DNA of 64,000 bases from Candidatus Hermodarchaeota archaeon (GCA_016839805.1 JAEOTO010000031.1:1-64000), one strand, 5' to 3'; positions 27,572 through 37,665 are shown, numbered from the stretch's first letter. Numbers and translations: made by a program. Notes: a model not told the origin generated them from the letters alone.

Positions 27572-30500
27572 TCACCATTTTTATTTGGGTCATCAAGGTT
27601 TGAAGATGGATTTTCTTGATCGTCTAGTTCTAATCTTAAACTATCTGAAGAATCTGGGACAATTGTTTGATTGGGGAGAAACAGTTGCATTAAGCGGTTT
27701 AGCCTATTGCGTAGTCGTCGGAAGATGAGGATTCCTGAAAGTACACCAATGATCATAACCACCAGCGAGATGAGAATAATTGGAGAAAAGATACCAGCGA
27801 TTTGATTATGGGGAATTCGGACAAGGAAAGGCATCGATTGGGAACAGGGACCAAATCCGCGTTGTCCACTGAATGTGACATAAACAGTATAGATGCCGGG
27901 TTGAGGAGTCGGAATTGCAAGTTGGCTTAACCCGGTTTCGTTTGTTCTAAGCACGGTCTCAAGAATAATTGTGGAATCTTGAGTAATGAGTTGCAACGTA
28001 ATATTCGCAGTTAATCCATATACGGACGTACCGTTCACATAGATTAGCTGGATATCGATTGTTATTGATGGAGTTAGATAAAAGGCTTCGACTTCTAACG
28101 GGTCGATAATGAGGGTAAGTGTTGGTGTAATATTGGGTAACAGGTTAATCAGGACCAAAGATGAGCTTTCACTGTACACATCAGGAGAATCAAAGCGTCC
28201 AAATAGCACGACAATGATATGTTGTCCAGCAAGGTCTGAATAAGCGCTGGGTAGTGATGTGATACCGTATCCCTGATTAATAGAGAAATCATGTTGCCAC
28301 ACACCATCCCAGAATAGCGAAGCTGTGCCATTAGGAAGTCCTGAATTCCCCGTGGTAACAAAGACCTCAAGTTCGACTGTTTCTCCAAGAAAGAGAGTGG
28401 GAGTATTAGTTGTAACTTCTAAAGCTGAAGTGTCCCGAATTTGCAAGGATAGGTCAGAGGAGAGCCATCGGTCATAGGATGGGGTTTCAGCGATTTCCAC
28501 CTGAAGGGATCGTAGTCCTACTGGAACTGATACTAACCATTGACAAATGGCATGACCAGTTGCATTCGTTATTGATGAATCGATAAGCTCTTGATTTTCG
28601 TAGAGACTAATCAACATATTTGAGAGAGGTGAACTATTCAGACTATCTGTGACTTTGAGGAGAATGTGACTTTGATTTCCGATGAATAGAGTAGATGAGG
28701 GAAGGATTTGGATAGTGCATGTGATTTGACGGCGATTGATGTTTATGTGTGTGGAACTTGCACTAGCTTGGTACATATCCTTCCCGTTGAATGCATAGGT
28801 GATGAACCAATGACCAGCTGTATCGGGAGTCCAAGAACATGTGGCGATTCCCGAAGCGTTAGTCATTTCGGTAGTTATGATAATCGGGGAGGTCTCACCA
28901 GGTCGAGTAATATTGAAATGAACCTGATAATTCACAAGGGGCGCTCCGCTATCATTCCAAAGACCAACTTGTTGTGTAACTTGTTCGGAGAGCATAGGGA
29001 TTGAAGGAAGCGATTGTTCGGCAGTGAAGTATGTATCGAAAATAAGAATTGAGAGAAAATCAGTTGTAGTAAAGGGGATACAATAAGGAACTGTGGCATT
29101 CATTCTAAGCAGATGCGCGATTGGTGCAAGGTCTTCTGTCGAGATGATGACCTCATATCGACCACTACCCTGATGGATGGGATAGTAAACGTCTGCAGTT
29201 GTTTCAAGAGTTATGGAGAGATTTCCATTCGTAAGCCCTGCTTCAGTGCCGATGGCTCCTTCTAGTGTGAGCTGTAGAGATACATTGAGAGGAACACTAC
29301 GAGGTACTTGCAAACCTGGTGTATAGGTTTGTTGCAAAGCGAGAGTTCCCCAAACTTCACAAGTATCGTGGTAAAACATGTAGCACGGAATAGCTCCTGG
29401 AGCAAAAGCGATAAGCGTAAGGTTGTGGGGTCCAAGGGCACCTGGTGTTGCTGGAATGGATTCTTGAAGCTCCCAATATCTTGGCTGAGAAAGGTCACAG
29501 GAATTTAAAAACAGATGGTCGAAGATGAAGGCTCCTACACTAATATCATCATGAAGCAGACCCCAACGAGTTTCAGTCACCACAGCAGAGAAATCGACGG
29601 CATCTCCGATCGAGAACGTGCCATTCGGAAAACTTGCGTGGGATAGATCTAATACAGGATTCACATCGAGTTGTGAGAGGAACGATAAATGATTTGTAAG
29701 CTGAAGTGCGAGATCCACTAAATAAGGTGTCCATTTCTGGGAGGGCAAAGCAGGTTCAATGACGAGTCCTTCATATGTGAACGCACTAAGTAGTGACGTT
29801 TTGATTTCATCACGATCAAGGAGATTGAGAGCCTCACTGTAGAGTCCAGTTTCAACGAGAAGGAAGAGAATCTCTGTCGCGTAATATGAGGTGATGATGG
29901 TTGGGCCATTTGAAAGATAAGCACTCGCATAGGTTGCTAATTTCTGGCCATCTAGTCCTGTAAGGCTCGGATCCAGATAGGCGTAAGCTCTAAGCCCATA
30001 GAGAGTGTCAGCGAGATGTCCCCCAGCAGAACGCCAGGGAGCGGGATATGGGACAGAATGATCTGAATCATGGAAGAATTGATGAGTTCCATTATCGTGT
30101 AAGCAGTCGAGTAAGTACGCTAAGACACTGGATGAGTCGGTTAAGTCTACTGGTTGGCCTCCAAGAGCAGCATGAGCAATGATATTCCAACAAGTAGTGT
30201 CGAATCGAAAGGTGAGATCGCTTTCCCGACCTACATAGAGGTGGTGGATCCCGAACATCCCTAAATAACCGGAAGCACTCGATTGGCAGGCTTCGATTTC
30301 TTGACGGATTTGTATATTCCGGGTTAACCAAGGAGTTCCTGAGAGATTCAAGATGTCGGTTAAGAGGGCATATGAATAATGGTAGATGGGTCCGAATGTT
30401 CCTGCTTCGACCACCATGCGGTCAGGCGTGGGTGTATCAGTATCGGTGCCTACAGTCGAGGGCAGTTGGTGAGAACAAAACGAGATTCGTGTGGAAGACC

Positions 30501-32505
30501 AACAATTCTCAAGATACGCTAGAAAAACGGTGAGATTGATGACAGACAGAGCGTCACATTGGAATAAAGCTGACAGAATGTGTGTGCTGGTAAGAAAATC
30601 ACCAAATATTGCAGGTTCTGTTGCCCCGCCCCAGTTGGAACAACAACTGGTGAGAAATTCAGTGAGCGTAGAATTGGTCCCAGAGAGCCCACCTGTGAGG
30701 GCTAGACTATGCACAGCATACCAGGTCTCATCGGGTGAATTATGAAAGTCATGAAGAGTGTCTCCTCGCCCCCAACCTCCATTTGCGAATTGGTTGGTCA
30801 AAATAAAGGCACGACAGCTAGTGACATTAAATAACTCCAAGGAATCGATGATATCAAGGATTTGAATGGCACATGCAGTGCCTAACACCCATTCGTCAGA
30901 ATCCATATTGAGCTTTGTATCAAAGATACTCGATCCGAATGGATCTTCACACGCGGCTAAAAATGTAAGGAGAGCTGTCTGATTGATAGAATTTACTGCA
31001 CCTAGCTTGTTGAGAGCAACTAGCGCATCCAGGCTATGAACAAGACTTGTGGTTATGCTACCACTAATAGAAGCGTAAAAGCCTCCAAACTCAGGAGTCT
31101 CTGAATTCACTTCTTGGCATGCTGCGATATAATTGATTGCGGCTACCTCATCAATTTTAGAAAGTTGTCCAAGTTCGGATAAAGCTTCGATGGCAAATCG
31201 TGTAGCTCTCAGAGTTGTTTGAGGAACTCCGAGTTCAGTGAAGAAACCACCTGTGACAGCGTCTTGGCAGCTCGCAATATAATCACCAATTTGATTTTGG
31301 TCAAGCTGAGCGAGAATTCCTAGAGTCCTAGAAGTGAGTACACTCAAACTAGTAGTAACACAGCGATCGTGAAGTTGTGGGCTAGATAAGTCCTCGAAGC
31401 ATCCCTGAATAGGATTGAAACAATTAAGGAGCCATGATTTGAACGCTGAGATATTGACAGGTAATCCATAACTTTCAACCAGATCAGCTACATAATACGT
31501 GAAGGCGAGAGAAGGTTCTAGGGGGTATCCAAAGCCGCCTAGACCTTGTACCGCCCAGAAATCGTTTATGGGAGGATCAAAGAGTTGTAATACTGCAAAT
31601 GTGGTTCCAAGTCGTTGTTGCAAACTGGGTCGAACAAGCCAATGTAAGAGATTTTCGCAGAATAGAATTCCTTCGGTACTAAGATGGGCAACTTGATCCA
31701 GACCCCAGTAGTAGATGTAAGGATTAGTAGAAAGGGCTCGAAACCAGAGTAATTGAGCTCCTGATCCTAAGGCATTGGACCCAAGGATTTCTACTTTGTC
31801 GGGTAGTTCCGAGAGACGGTAGGCATCATAGCTGATATGTTGAGAATAAATCCCAAGCCGCTGATTGACAAATGGGATTGAATGGGGAAGTGTGAAAATT
31901 TGTTGATCTGCATCTGAGGTCCATAGATAACTTTCTATACTGACTACAAAATCCATGATAGGATCAAAACCCCAGAGTTGATCAAGGACCTCATGAGCGT
32001 ATCCTAAAAGGAGGATAGGATAAGAGCTGGCTCCGATTATCTGGGCTGATGCCTGTGACACACCGTAGGTTGCATTACTTGATCCTACGCTCGGAGTTAT
32101 TATTAGCAAATCATATTCTAATTGCGTTGGAAGAGCATTGATGTGAATTGAAGTAGTATTGAATCCCATATTCTCAAAGAGAGTAATCCAAACATGAACT
32201 GGCTCTTGTCCTGATTCATTAACAAGATCACCATAAACGAGAAGCAGGTTTCCAAATGGAAGTGACTCGAGGATTCCTTCTTGAGGATTAGGCTCTGGAA
32301 CAGGAGGGCTACGAGGGTCACTGAGCTTTGATGATAATAAGGAATTTTGTAAGTTCAATTCCTCTAGAGGAACATCGTCAGTTGATTCTAGTGCAGTTGA
32401 TTGGGTTGGGTAGTTAGTGGGTGCATTTGCGGGTAAACCAAGTAGGAGAAAAAGCATGACAGAAAGGACTATTAGTTGAGGAATTGCTTTTGTCGTGGAA
32501 ATCAT
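27568..32505 (-). CDS. Giant surface protein: prenyltransferase/squalene-cyclase-type alpha-alpha repeats, Ig-like domains, C-terminal TM
   Basis: Signal peptide; repeats such as YIASCQDAVTGGF, YIAACQE...GGF, FILTNQFANGGWG; TNASG/TNETG Ig-like repeats; C-terminal TM and basic tail. Confidence 0.8.
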   Translation of the reverse strand: MISTTKAIPQLIVLSVMLFLLLGLPANAPTNYPTQSTALESTDDVPLEELNLQNSLLSSKLSDPRSPPVPEPNPQEGILESLPFGNLLLVYGDLVNESGQEPVHVWITLFENMGFNTTSIHINALPTQLEYDLLIITPSVGSSNATYGVSQASAQIIGASSYPILLLGYAHEVLDQLWGFDPIMDFVVSIESYLWTSDADQQIFTLPHSIPFVNQRLGIYSQHISYDAYRLSELPDKVEILGSNALGSGAQLLWFRALSTNPYIYYWGLDQVAHLSTEGILFCENLLHWLVRPSLQQRLGTTFAVLQLFDPPINDFWAVQGLGGFGYPLEPSLAFTYYVADLVESYGLPVNISAFKSWLLNCFNPIQGCFEDLSSPQLHDRCVTTSLSVLTSRTLGILAQLDQNQIGDYIASCQDAVTGGFFTELGVPQTTLRATRFAIEALSELGQLSKIDEVAAINYIAACQEVNSETPEFGGFYASISGSITTSLVHSLDALVALNKLGAVNSINQTALLTFLAACEDPFGSSIFDTKLNMDSDEWVLGTACAIQILDIIDSLELFNVTSCRAFILTNQFANGGWGRGDTLHDFHNSPDETWYAVHSLALTGGLSGTNSTLTEFLTSCCSNWGGATEPAIFGDFLTSTHILSALFQCDALSVINLTVFLAYLENCWSSTRISFCSHQLPSTVGTDTDTPTPDRMVVEAGTFGPIYHYSYALLTDILNLSGTPWLTRNIQIRQEIEACQSSASGYLGMFGIHHLYVGRESDLTFRFDTTCWNIIAHAALGGQPVDLTDSSSVLAYLLDCLHDNGTHQFFHDSDHSVPYPAPWRSAGGHLADTLYGLRAYAYLDPSLTGLDGQKLATYASAYLSNGPTIITSYYATEILFLLVETGLYSEALNLLDRDEIKTSLLSAFTYEGLVIEPALPSQKWTPYLVDLALQLTNHLSFLSQLDVNPVLDLSHASFPNGTFSIGDAVDFSAVVTETRWGLLHDDISVGAFIFDHLFLNSCDLSQPRYWELQESIPATPGALGPHNLTLIAFAPGAIPCYMFYHDTCEVWGTLALQQTYTPGLQVPRSVPLNVSLQLTLEGAIGTEAGLTNGNLSITLETTADVYYPIHQGSGRYEVIISTEDLAPIAHLLRMNATVPYCIPFTTTDFLSILIFDTYFTAEQSLPSIPMLSEQVTQQVGLWNDSGAPLVNYQVHFNITRPGETSPIIITTEMTNASGIATCSWTPDTAGHWFITYAFNGKDMYQASASSTHININRRQITCTIQILPSSTLFIGNQSHILLKVTDSLNSSPLSNMLISLYENQELIDSSITNATGHAICQWLVSVPVGLRSLQVEIAETPSYDRWLSSDLSLQIRDTSALEVTTNTPTLFLGETVELEVFVTTGNSGLPNGTASLFWDGVWQHDFSINQGYGITSLPSAYSDLAGQHIIVVLFGRFDSPDVYSESSSLVLINLLPNITPTLTLIIDPLEVEAFYLTPSITIDIQLIYVNGTSVYGLTANITLQLITQDSTIILETVLRTNETGLSQLAIPTPQPGIYTVYVTFSGQRGFGPCSQSMPFLVRIPHNQIAGIFSPIILISLVVMIIGVLSGILIFRRLRNRLNRLMQLFLPNQTIVPDSSDSLRLELDDQENPSSNLDDPNKNGD

Positions 32506-32558
32506 TGAGTTGCTATCTCCCCAGGAATGGGTGTGCGGCGTGGGTTTTAGGTTCGTTT

Positions 32559-33392
32559 TTAAGCATTATGCTCACTGTGCGGAGGGAGGAGTCGGTTGTG
32601 ATGACGTGGTCGAAATCGTTGTAAAAGATAGTAGAAGAAAAGGGCAACTAGAGTAGCACCTGTGAAGGAAAGAATTATGGAATTGTAGTTGGTCCAATAA
32701 TGAAGGAGGGTAGAATTTGAAGGAAGTGGGGGATTTGCTGTTTGTAACTCAAGATAGATTTCATGCAGGTATTGAGTAGAGTCCTGAAGAAGCGAAATGG
32801 CACGAACAAGTATGCCAGTTCGATATTCATAGTAGTAAAGTTCGTGTTGTCGATTTCCCGATGAATACGATAATTGCCAACACAGAAAATATTGGTGAGC
32901 GACTTCAATTGATACTAAATCAGTAACGGTGAAGGGGGCGATCCGAAGAAAATTATTTGTCGCGGGGAGATCTCCATCAATTCGTATTTGTTCACCTAGT
33001 TGGATTGATGGATTAATCCACCAGGCTGTATAGCAATTCAGACCTGCATAGTTGTAAGTTCGATTTGAGGAGTAAGTATAGTTGGTGTTATCTGCATACC
33101 AGGTGTGACCATTATCCCAGGTGAGATTCCACGTGAGATAACCGAGATAGGAAAGGGATCCGGTTGAATTCAGGGTTAATTGTTCTTTCCCATAATAAGA
33201 AATTGATAGATTGTCGTTAGATGAAATGACCTGGAGCTGGTAGGTCCGAGTCTGCGTGACAGGAACGGGATTGGTGAATGTACAATAAGCAAAGGTATTG
33301 GACATGAAACTTAACGAGAAAATGAGGAGAAGCCCTAGCCAGCGAAGGGGGCGTTGTCGAGTGATTCTGTGTTGTGCATTAATGCGTTTCAC
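32559..33392 (-). CDS. Secreted, C-terminally anchored surface protein
   Basis: Signal peptide, sequons, YYYEYRTGILV beta-hairpin motif, C-terminal TM. Confidence 0.75.
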   Translation of the reverse strand: MKRINAQHRITRQRPLRWLGLLLIFSLSFMSNTFAYCTFTNPVPVTQTRTYQLQVISSNDNLSISYYGKEQLTLNSTGSLSYLGYLTWNLTWDNGHTWYADNTNYTYSSNRTYNYAGLNCYTAWWINPSIQLGEQIRIDGDLPATNNFLRIAPFTVTDLVSIEVAHQYFLCWQLSYSSGNRQHELYYYEYRTGILVRAISLLQDSTQYLHEIYLELQTANPPLPSNSTLLHYWTNYNSIILSFTGATLVALFFYYLLQRFRPRHHNRLLPPHSEHNA

Positions 33393-34420
33393 TCGGTGTC
33401 ACCATTATCAGTACTTGTGGGGTTAGCGAGGGTGCCAAGACCGTTTTTGTCTACGAGTCCAATGTCGGTGAGATAATAGGTGACTTCCTCTTCGGGAAGG
33501 TCAGGTGCGTCCCGGATGGTTGCTCGACGTTCTTCTCCTTTAATTGGGCGTAGTCGAATTCGGTAAGTTGAGCCATAAGCGAGGATATTCCCACCTGCCT
33601 CCTTGGTGGGGCTTCCAAAGGGTGAGGGATTAGCTCGAACTTGGTTTGTGAATATTACAACTGCTTGGTAGGCATCAGCATATTCGATGAGAAGCTGTAA
33701 CAAGCGACTAATAATCTGCTGTCGTCGTGCTAACGTTTCTCGACCAATAAATTCAGCACCAAAATGTCGAATTAGGCTATCAACGACGATGAGTTTAGCG
33801 TTTGTAGCGTCTAATACAAAGGGGAGGCGTTCTTCGATGAGCCAGCGGAGATGATGAGCATTGACAACCTTAACGTAGTTTATACTCTCAACAGCCATAT
33901 TGGGATCCATGCCAAACCGCTCTGCAATTCGGGAAACCCGATCTGGACGAAATGTCTTTTCTGTGTCTAGCCAGATAGCAGGACCACCTCGACCATGGAC
34001 GGTGTATTCTTCATCCTTTCCAATCTGAATAGTTCGTCCATCGGGTGGGAGTTGCACGGTTACACAGCACTGGCAGCACACCGAGGTTTTACCAGATCGG
34101 GCTGGTCCGACAAATTCATAGATAGCACCTGCACGAAGACCACCACCTAGAATCTTATCCAACCCAGCCACACCAGTAGAAAATATTGGTACATCTAATA
34201 CTTTGGCAGCTATACTACCTGGAACGAAATCCAAGGCCATTTTTTCTTTCAGCATAAGGCGGGCTTCAGTGATGAATCGGTTTCCAGTGCTTTCTGGTAA
34301 TCCCGTACGGTCTGCCATCACCTTAGGGTCCTGAATGGCTAGGGCTTCAAGTGTGAGAATTCCTGCGTCTTGCAGTTTTTGCAGGCTTTTAGGACCAAGT
34401 CCATTTACATCTTTAAGCAA
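33389..34420 (-). CDS. radA: RadA/Rad51-family recombinase (divergent paralog)
   Basis: N-terminal HhH domain (GLGPKSLQKLQDAG), GPARSGKT, DTEKTFRPDR, VVDSL...AEFIGRETLARRQQ, TNQV, GGNILAY. Confidence 0.85.
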   Translation of the reverse strand: MLKDVNGLGPKSLQKLQDAGILTLEALAIQDPKVMADRTGLPESTGNRFITEARLMLKEKMALDFVPGSIAAKVLDVPIFSTGVAGLDKILGGGLRAGAIYEFVGPARSGKTSVCCQCCVTVQLPPDGRTIQIGKDEEYTVHGRGGPAIWLDTEKTFRPDRVSRIAERFGMDPNMAVESINYVKVVNAHHLRWLIEERLPFVLDATNAKLIVVDSLIRHFGAEFIGRETLARRQQIISRLLQLLIEYADAYQAVVIFTNQVRANPSPFGSPTKEAGGNILAYGSTYRIRLRPIKGEERRATIRDAPDLPEEEVTYYLTDIGLVDKNGLGTLANPTSTDNGDTE

Positions 34421-34486
34421 GGTTTTACCACCAAATTTGACCTGATTGTTGAAGCGTCGAATTGGGGCGCAGATTTTGGTTGATTT

Positions 34487-35149
34487 TTATGAATTTCGGT
34501 GTGGTTTGAAAACTTGCCAGAATAATAAGGCGAGTAATGCACCTGCTAAGACTGCTCCACTGAAAAGCCATATTGAGAACGGGAGTGCCCACAAGGTTCG
34601 TAGGAATAGGTAGGTAAGGGCAGTGAATAGGGGTATGGATAATAGACCTAATTCCAGGATGGTTTGATTTGGTCTTTCTTTTGCCACTGATGTAACTAAT
34701 TTTATGTCTGCTTTGCTTGGGGCGAGTCCGATAAAAAAGCAGAAGGCGAAGTAATATTTGAGAATTTCATGCATAGGGATAATGACCCAGAAGGCAATTA
34801 GAAGATACAAAGCGAGTGCTAAAATGATAAGTGGGGCAAAACCGATAAGAACGCTGGTTGTGAAAGTGTGGATTTTACTGGCTTCAACAACTACACCTCC
34901 TGCAACGCCATTACGGTTACCAATGAAGATTCGGTGTTCCAGAATTGGAATGCCTGTAATGCGACAGAGGAGATCGTGGCATATCTCATGGAGAACTACA
35001 CCAGGAAAAGCAAGATAGCGAAGGAGGGTTCCAAGGCGATGGCTGATGAAATCAGTAAAGGTCATGAGGAGCAGGCTAGCAATAAGAAAGAGGGGAATAC
35101 AGAACATGACTTCTAGGAGCAGTCCCAGTGCATAGAGATCAGGATTCAC
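34487..35149 (-). CDS. Membrane zinc metalloprotease (DUF3267/M50B-like; probable start GTG 35149)
   Basis: PGVVLHEICH (HExxH), GFAP, PSKAD; multiple TM helices. Confidence 0.8.
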   Translation of the reverse strand: MNPDLYALGLLLEVMFCIPLFLIASLLLMTFTDFISHRLGTLLRYLAFPGVVLHEICHDLLCRITGIPILEHRIFIGNRNGVAGGVVVEASKIHTFTTSVLIGFAPLIILALALYLLIAFWVIIPMHEILKYYFAFCFFIGLAPSKADIKLVTSVAKERPNQTILELGLLSIPLFTALTYLFLRTLWALPFSIWLFSGAVLAGALLALLFWQVFKPHRNS

Positions 35150-35159
35150 CTGCACCGGT

Positions 35160-37592
35160 TCACCCTCGTTGTTGAATCTTCTGAGATTTGGTTTTTCGTC
35201 TTCGCCGTGGTTGGGGAAGTGTGTCATCGAGAAATTGATTTTGCGATTGACCATCGAGGGTGGGTAGCACATCCATAGCTCGGAGTTGGTGTATATTCGC
35301 GATTAGGTGCTCTGCTTTGGGTTTCGTTAAAAGGCGTTCTGTACCGTTAAAACAGAGTTTGACAGAGCCTGGGGGTAATTTCAATACTTTACTTGCAGTA
35401 GGGTGGTTTTCGCTGTCGATGTACTGGGCAATAAGATAGGGTTCTTCAGCTGCAGCTGTTTCGAGTGCATCGAGGATGAATTGATCCCGAGGAAGACGTA
35501 CAACGGCTAATGCAATAAGTTGCATACGCGCTAGGACTCGTCGTTCCTGAGCGACCGATAAATCGACTTCCATTACCCGCTGTGTGGCTGTGTTCAAAGG
35601 AGCAGTTATCACTTCTTCAATGACATCATCTATTTCCGCTACTACCGAAGATGGAAGTGAACCTGACTCAGATACTTTGGCAGGCTCTGTTTTGTTTTTA
35701 TCAGAGACGGATTCCGTTTTTTGATTAATTACCCCTTGGGGAGAAGCCGGTTCCAGTGCTTCAGGGTCAATCTGATAGGTTTGAGCCGTCTTGATGAGAC
35801 TTTCTACCTGGTCAAGAAATCCTTTGATTCGGTATTTGATAATGAGGTCGGTGGGAACTGGGAATGCATCTTCAACTATATGCATCAATAATTGACGTGA
35901 AAGCAAACAGATGAAAGGTAATGAAGGGGGCTCAGTGCTTCCTTCAACGCGAAAGAGCTGGTAATATTCCATAATTTCGGGGGTACGTTCGGAGTCACCA
36001 AGTCCCGGGAAAAGGATTACATTCAGTTTTGAGCCTAATTGCTGGGCGACTTGATTCACATGAGTTAGGAGTGTGCTCCAACTAGTGACATATCGGTTTG
36101 CGAAGACCAGGAGGTAAGGAGAAGCCCCACTTCGGATTAAATCAGATAGTAATCTCAAGTCATTTTTAGATTCCACTCGCAAAGGAACCCCTTGATCTAG
36201 AGTGGTTGGTGTTGATGGAGTATCTGTCGGTATAATTTGTCTTGGTTGTATAGGTATTGTCCGTGATGGTTCACGATTCATTTCTTGATCAAAAACCAAA
36301 GAATTGGGTGTAGGGAGTTTAGGTTGCGTTATAGGCAGTGATATTAAATTATTGACTCGTGGAATCACTTGGAAGACCTGGATTTCCCAAGTGGGGGGAA
36401 TGGCATGTTGTTGCCGAAGGATATGGACTGCATAATTCATGAGTTGCTGAGCTTCTGAGGGTAAAAGGGGCCGCTGTTGTCGGGCAATCGCAAGGCGTTG
36501 AAGCCAAGCAGCGAGCGATTGGCGTGTTTCATCAGAATCTATCTGGTTAAGAAGCGATGTTAGATTATCCGGTGGAGCTTCGCCACTTTGTTTCAAAACA
36601 CCCATTCGCAAGCCATTGATCAGGAAAGCACGGGCATGTTCGGAGAAGCCACGCCAATTCCCTGCCTGATAGGTGTTTAAAGAGGCCGTCATCGCGGCGT
36701 GAATTGTGTCCTGAAGATATGCTGCAGTGGTTGTAGCAGTCCAGGCAGTGTTAGTAGTAACTAGTTCATCATTGACATTTAGCTGGCTGAGCTCTGCTGG
36801 TTGCCCTTGAATACCAATAACTTCTGGAGGTGCCGATACCGTCGAGGGCGATTTAAGAAGCGTTACTTTGATGGAATGTTGCAATCTGAATCGATGAAAT
36901 GCGTTCAGGGCTTTTCGAAGCAATAAGATCGGGGCAAAAAGTCCACACAGCATTATTGGAATTCCTAGTAGAACCAGACCAAGTCCCCAAAGAATGCCTG
37001 AAAGTCCTAGCAAAAACGGGAAACAAATTAAGGCAAGACTCAGATACTGATATGCCCTTTGAAGGGGACGAAAAGTCCCTTCAAGTGGGTGCAGTTTTGT
37101 ATCACTTTGAATGATATTTTGAGTGAGATACGTTGCGAGTTGGTTTACCTGAATTATAGGTGGTGCAAACACCGAAGTAGAGTCTTGGAAGACTTCAGGG
37201 TTAGTGGAAGAATGCGAGATGAAAAGAGGGTAAATCCGACATTCGAGGAGATGACCAGATTCATCGGTGAGAATGTACGCCTTTTTACCGAGGAATGTGA
37301 TGGTTTGGCTTTGAGTTTTAGGGTTAAGGTGGAGAGTGGGGCTTTGGAGTTGAGTTTGGAGTTGTGAGATAGCTTGAATGAGAAGGGGAACCTCATTAGA
37401 GAGCGTCTCACCCTTCCCTTGGAGTTCTCGATAAACAAGAAAATCGCAGCAAACAACATCCTGAATATCATATTTGCGCACCGTGAGTTGAGTACCATCT
37501 ACTCCTGTCGGCAAGGGCACAAAATCCTGTTCTTGCAGGATTTGTTGTATATCAGTTGATCTAGGTTGATTCACTCTTTTCACTTCGCCCAT
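35160..37592 (-). CDS. Large multidomain membrane protein of unknown function
   Basis: 810-aa ORF; TM hairpin near residues 185-225, a helical domain, Pro/Thr linkers and two alpha/beta domains. Confidence 0.7.
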   Translation of the reverse strand: MGEVKRVNQPRSTDIQQILQEQDFVPLPTGVDGTQLTVRKYDIQDVVCCDFLVYRELQGKGETLSNEVPLLIQAISQLQTQLQSPTLHLNPKTQSQTITFLGKKAYILTDESGHLLECRIYPLFISHSSTNPEVFQDSTSVFAPPIIQVNQLATYLTQNIIQSDTKLHPLEGTFRPLQRAYQYLSLALICFPFLLGLSGILWGLGLVLLGIPIMLCGLFAPILLLRKALNAFHRFRLQHSIKVTLLKSPSTVSAPPEVIGIQGQPAELSQLNVNDELVTTNTAWTATTTAAYLQDTIHAAMTASLNTYQAGNWRGFSEHARAFLINGLRMGVLKQSGEAPPDNLTSLLNQIDSDETRQSLAAWLQRLAIARQQRPLLPSEAQQLMNYAVHILRQQHAIPPTWEIQVFQVIPRVNNLISLPITQPKLPTPNSLVFDQEMNREPSRTIPIQPRQIIPTDTPSTPTTLDQGVPLRVESKNDLRLLSDLIRSGASPYLLVFANRYVTSWSTLLTHVNQVAQQLGSKLNVILFPGLGDSERTPEIMEYYQLFRVEGSTEPPSLPFICLLSRQLLMHIVEDAFPVPTDLIIKYRIKGFLDQVESLIKTAQTYQIDPEALEPASPQGVINQKTESVSDKNKTEPAKVSESGSLPSSVVAEIDDVIEEVITAPLNTATQRVMEVDLSVAQERRVLARMQLIALAVVRLPRDQFILDALETAAAEEPYLIAQYIDSENHPTASKVLKLPPGSVKLCFNGTERLLTKPKAEHLIANIHQLRAMDVLPTLDGQSQNQFLDDTLPQPRRRRKTKSQKIQQRG

Positions 37593-37665
37593 GAATAAGG
37601 GCAGCTGTGGGCGGCTTTTGAATAATTTTTAAGGATTTCTATTCGTGACAACTTTGGGATTGACC

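Noticed and set aside
35150-35272. Overlap of the 810-aa ORF and the metalloprotease ORF as a possible fusion
   Set aside because: A downstream GTG start (35149) resolves it and no slippery site with a stem was found
13442-37592. Provirus or conjugative element
   Set aside because: No integrase, terminase, capsid, relaxase, primase or tRNA-linked att repeats were recognised; an old domesticated element cannot be excluded
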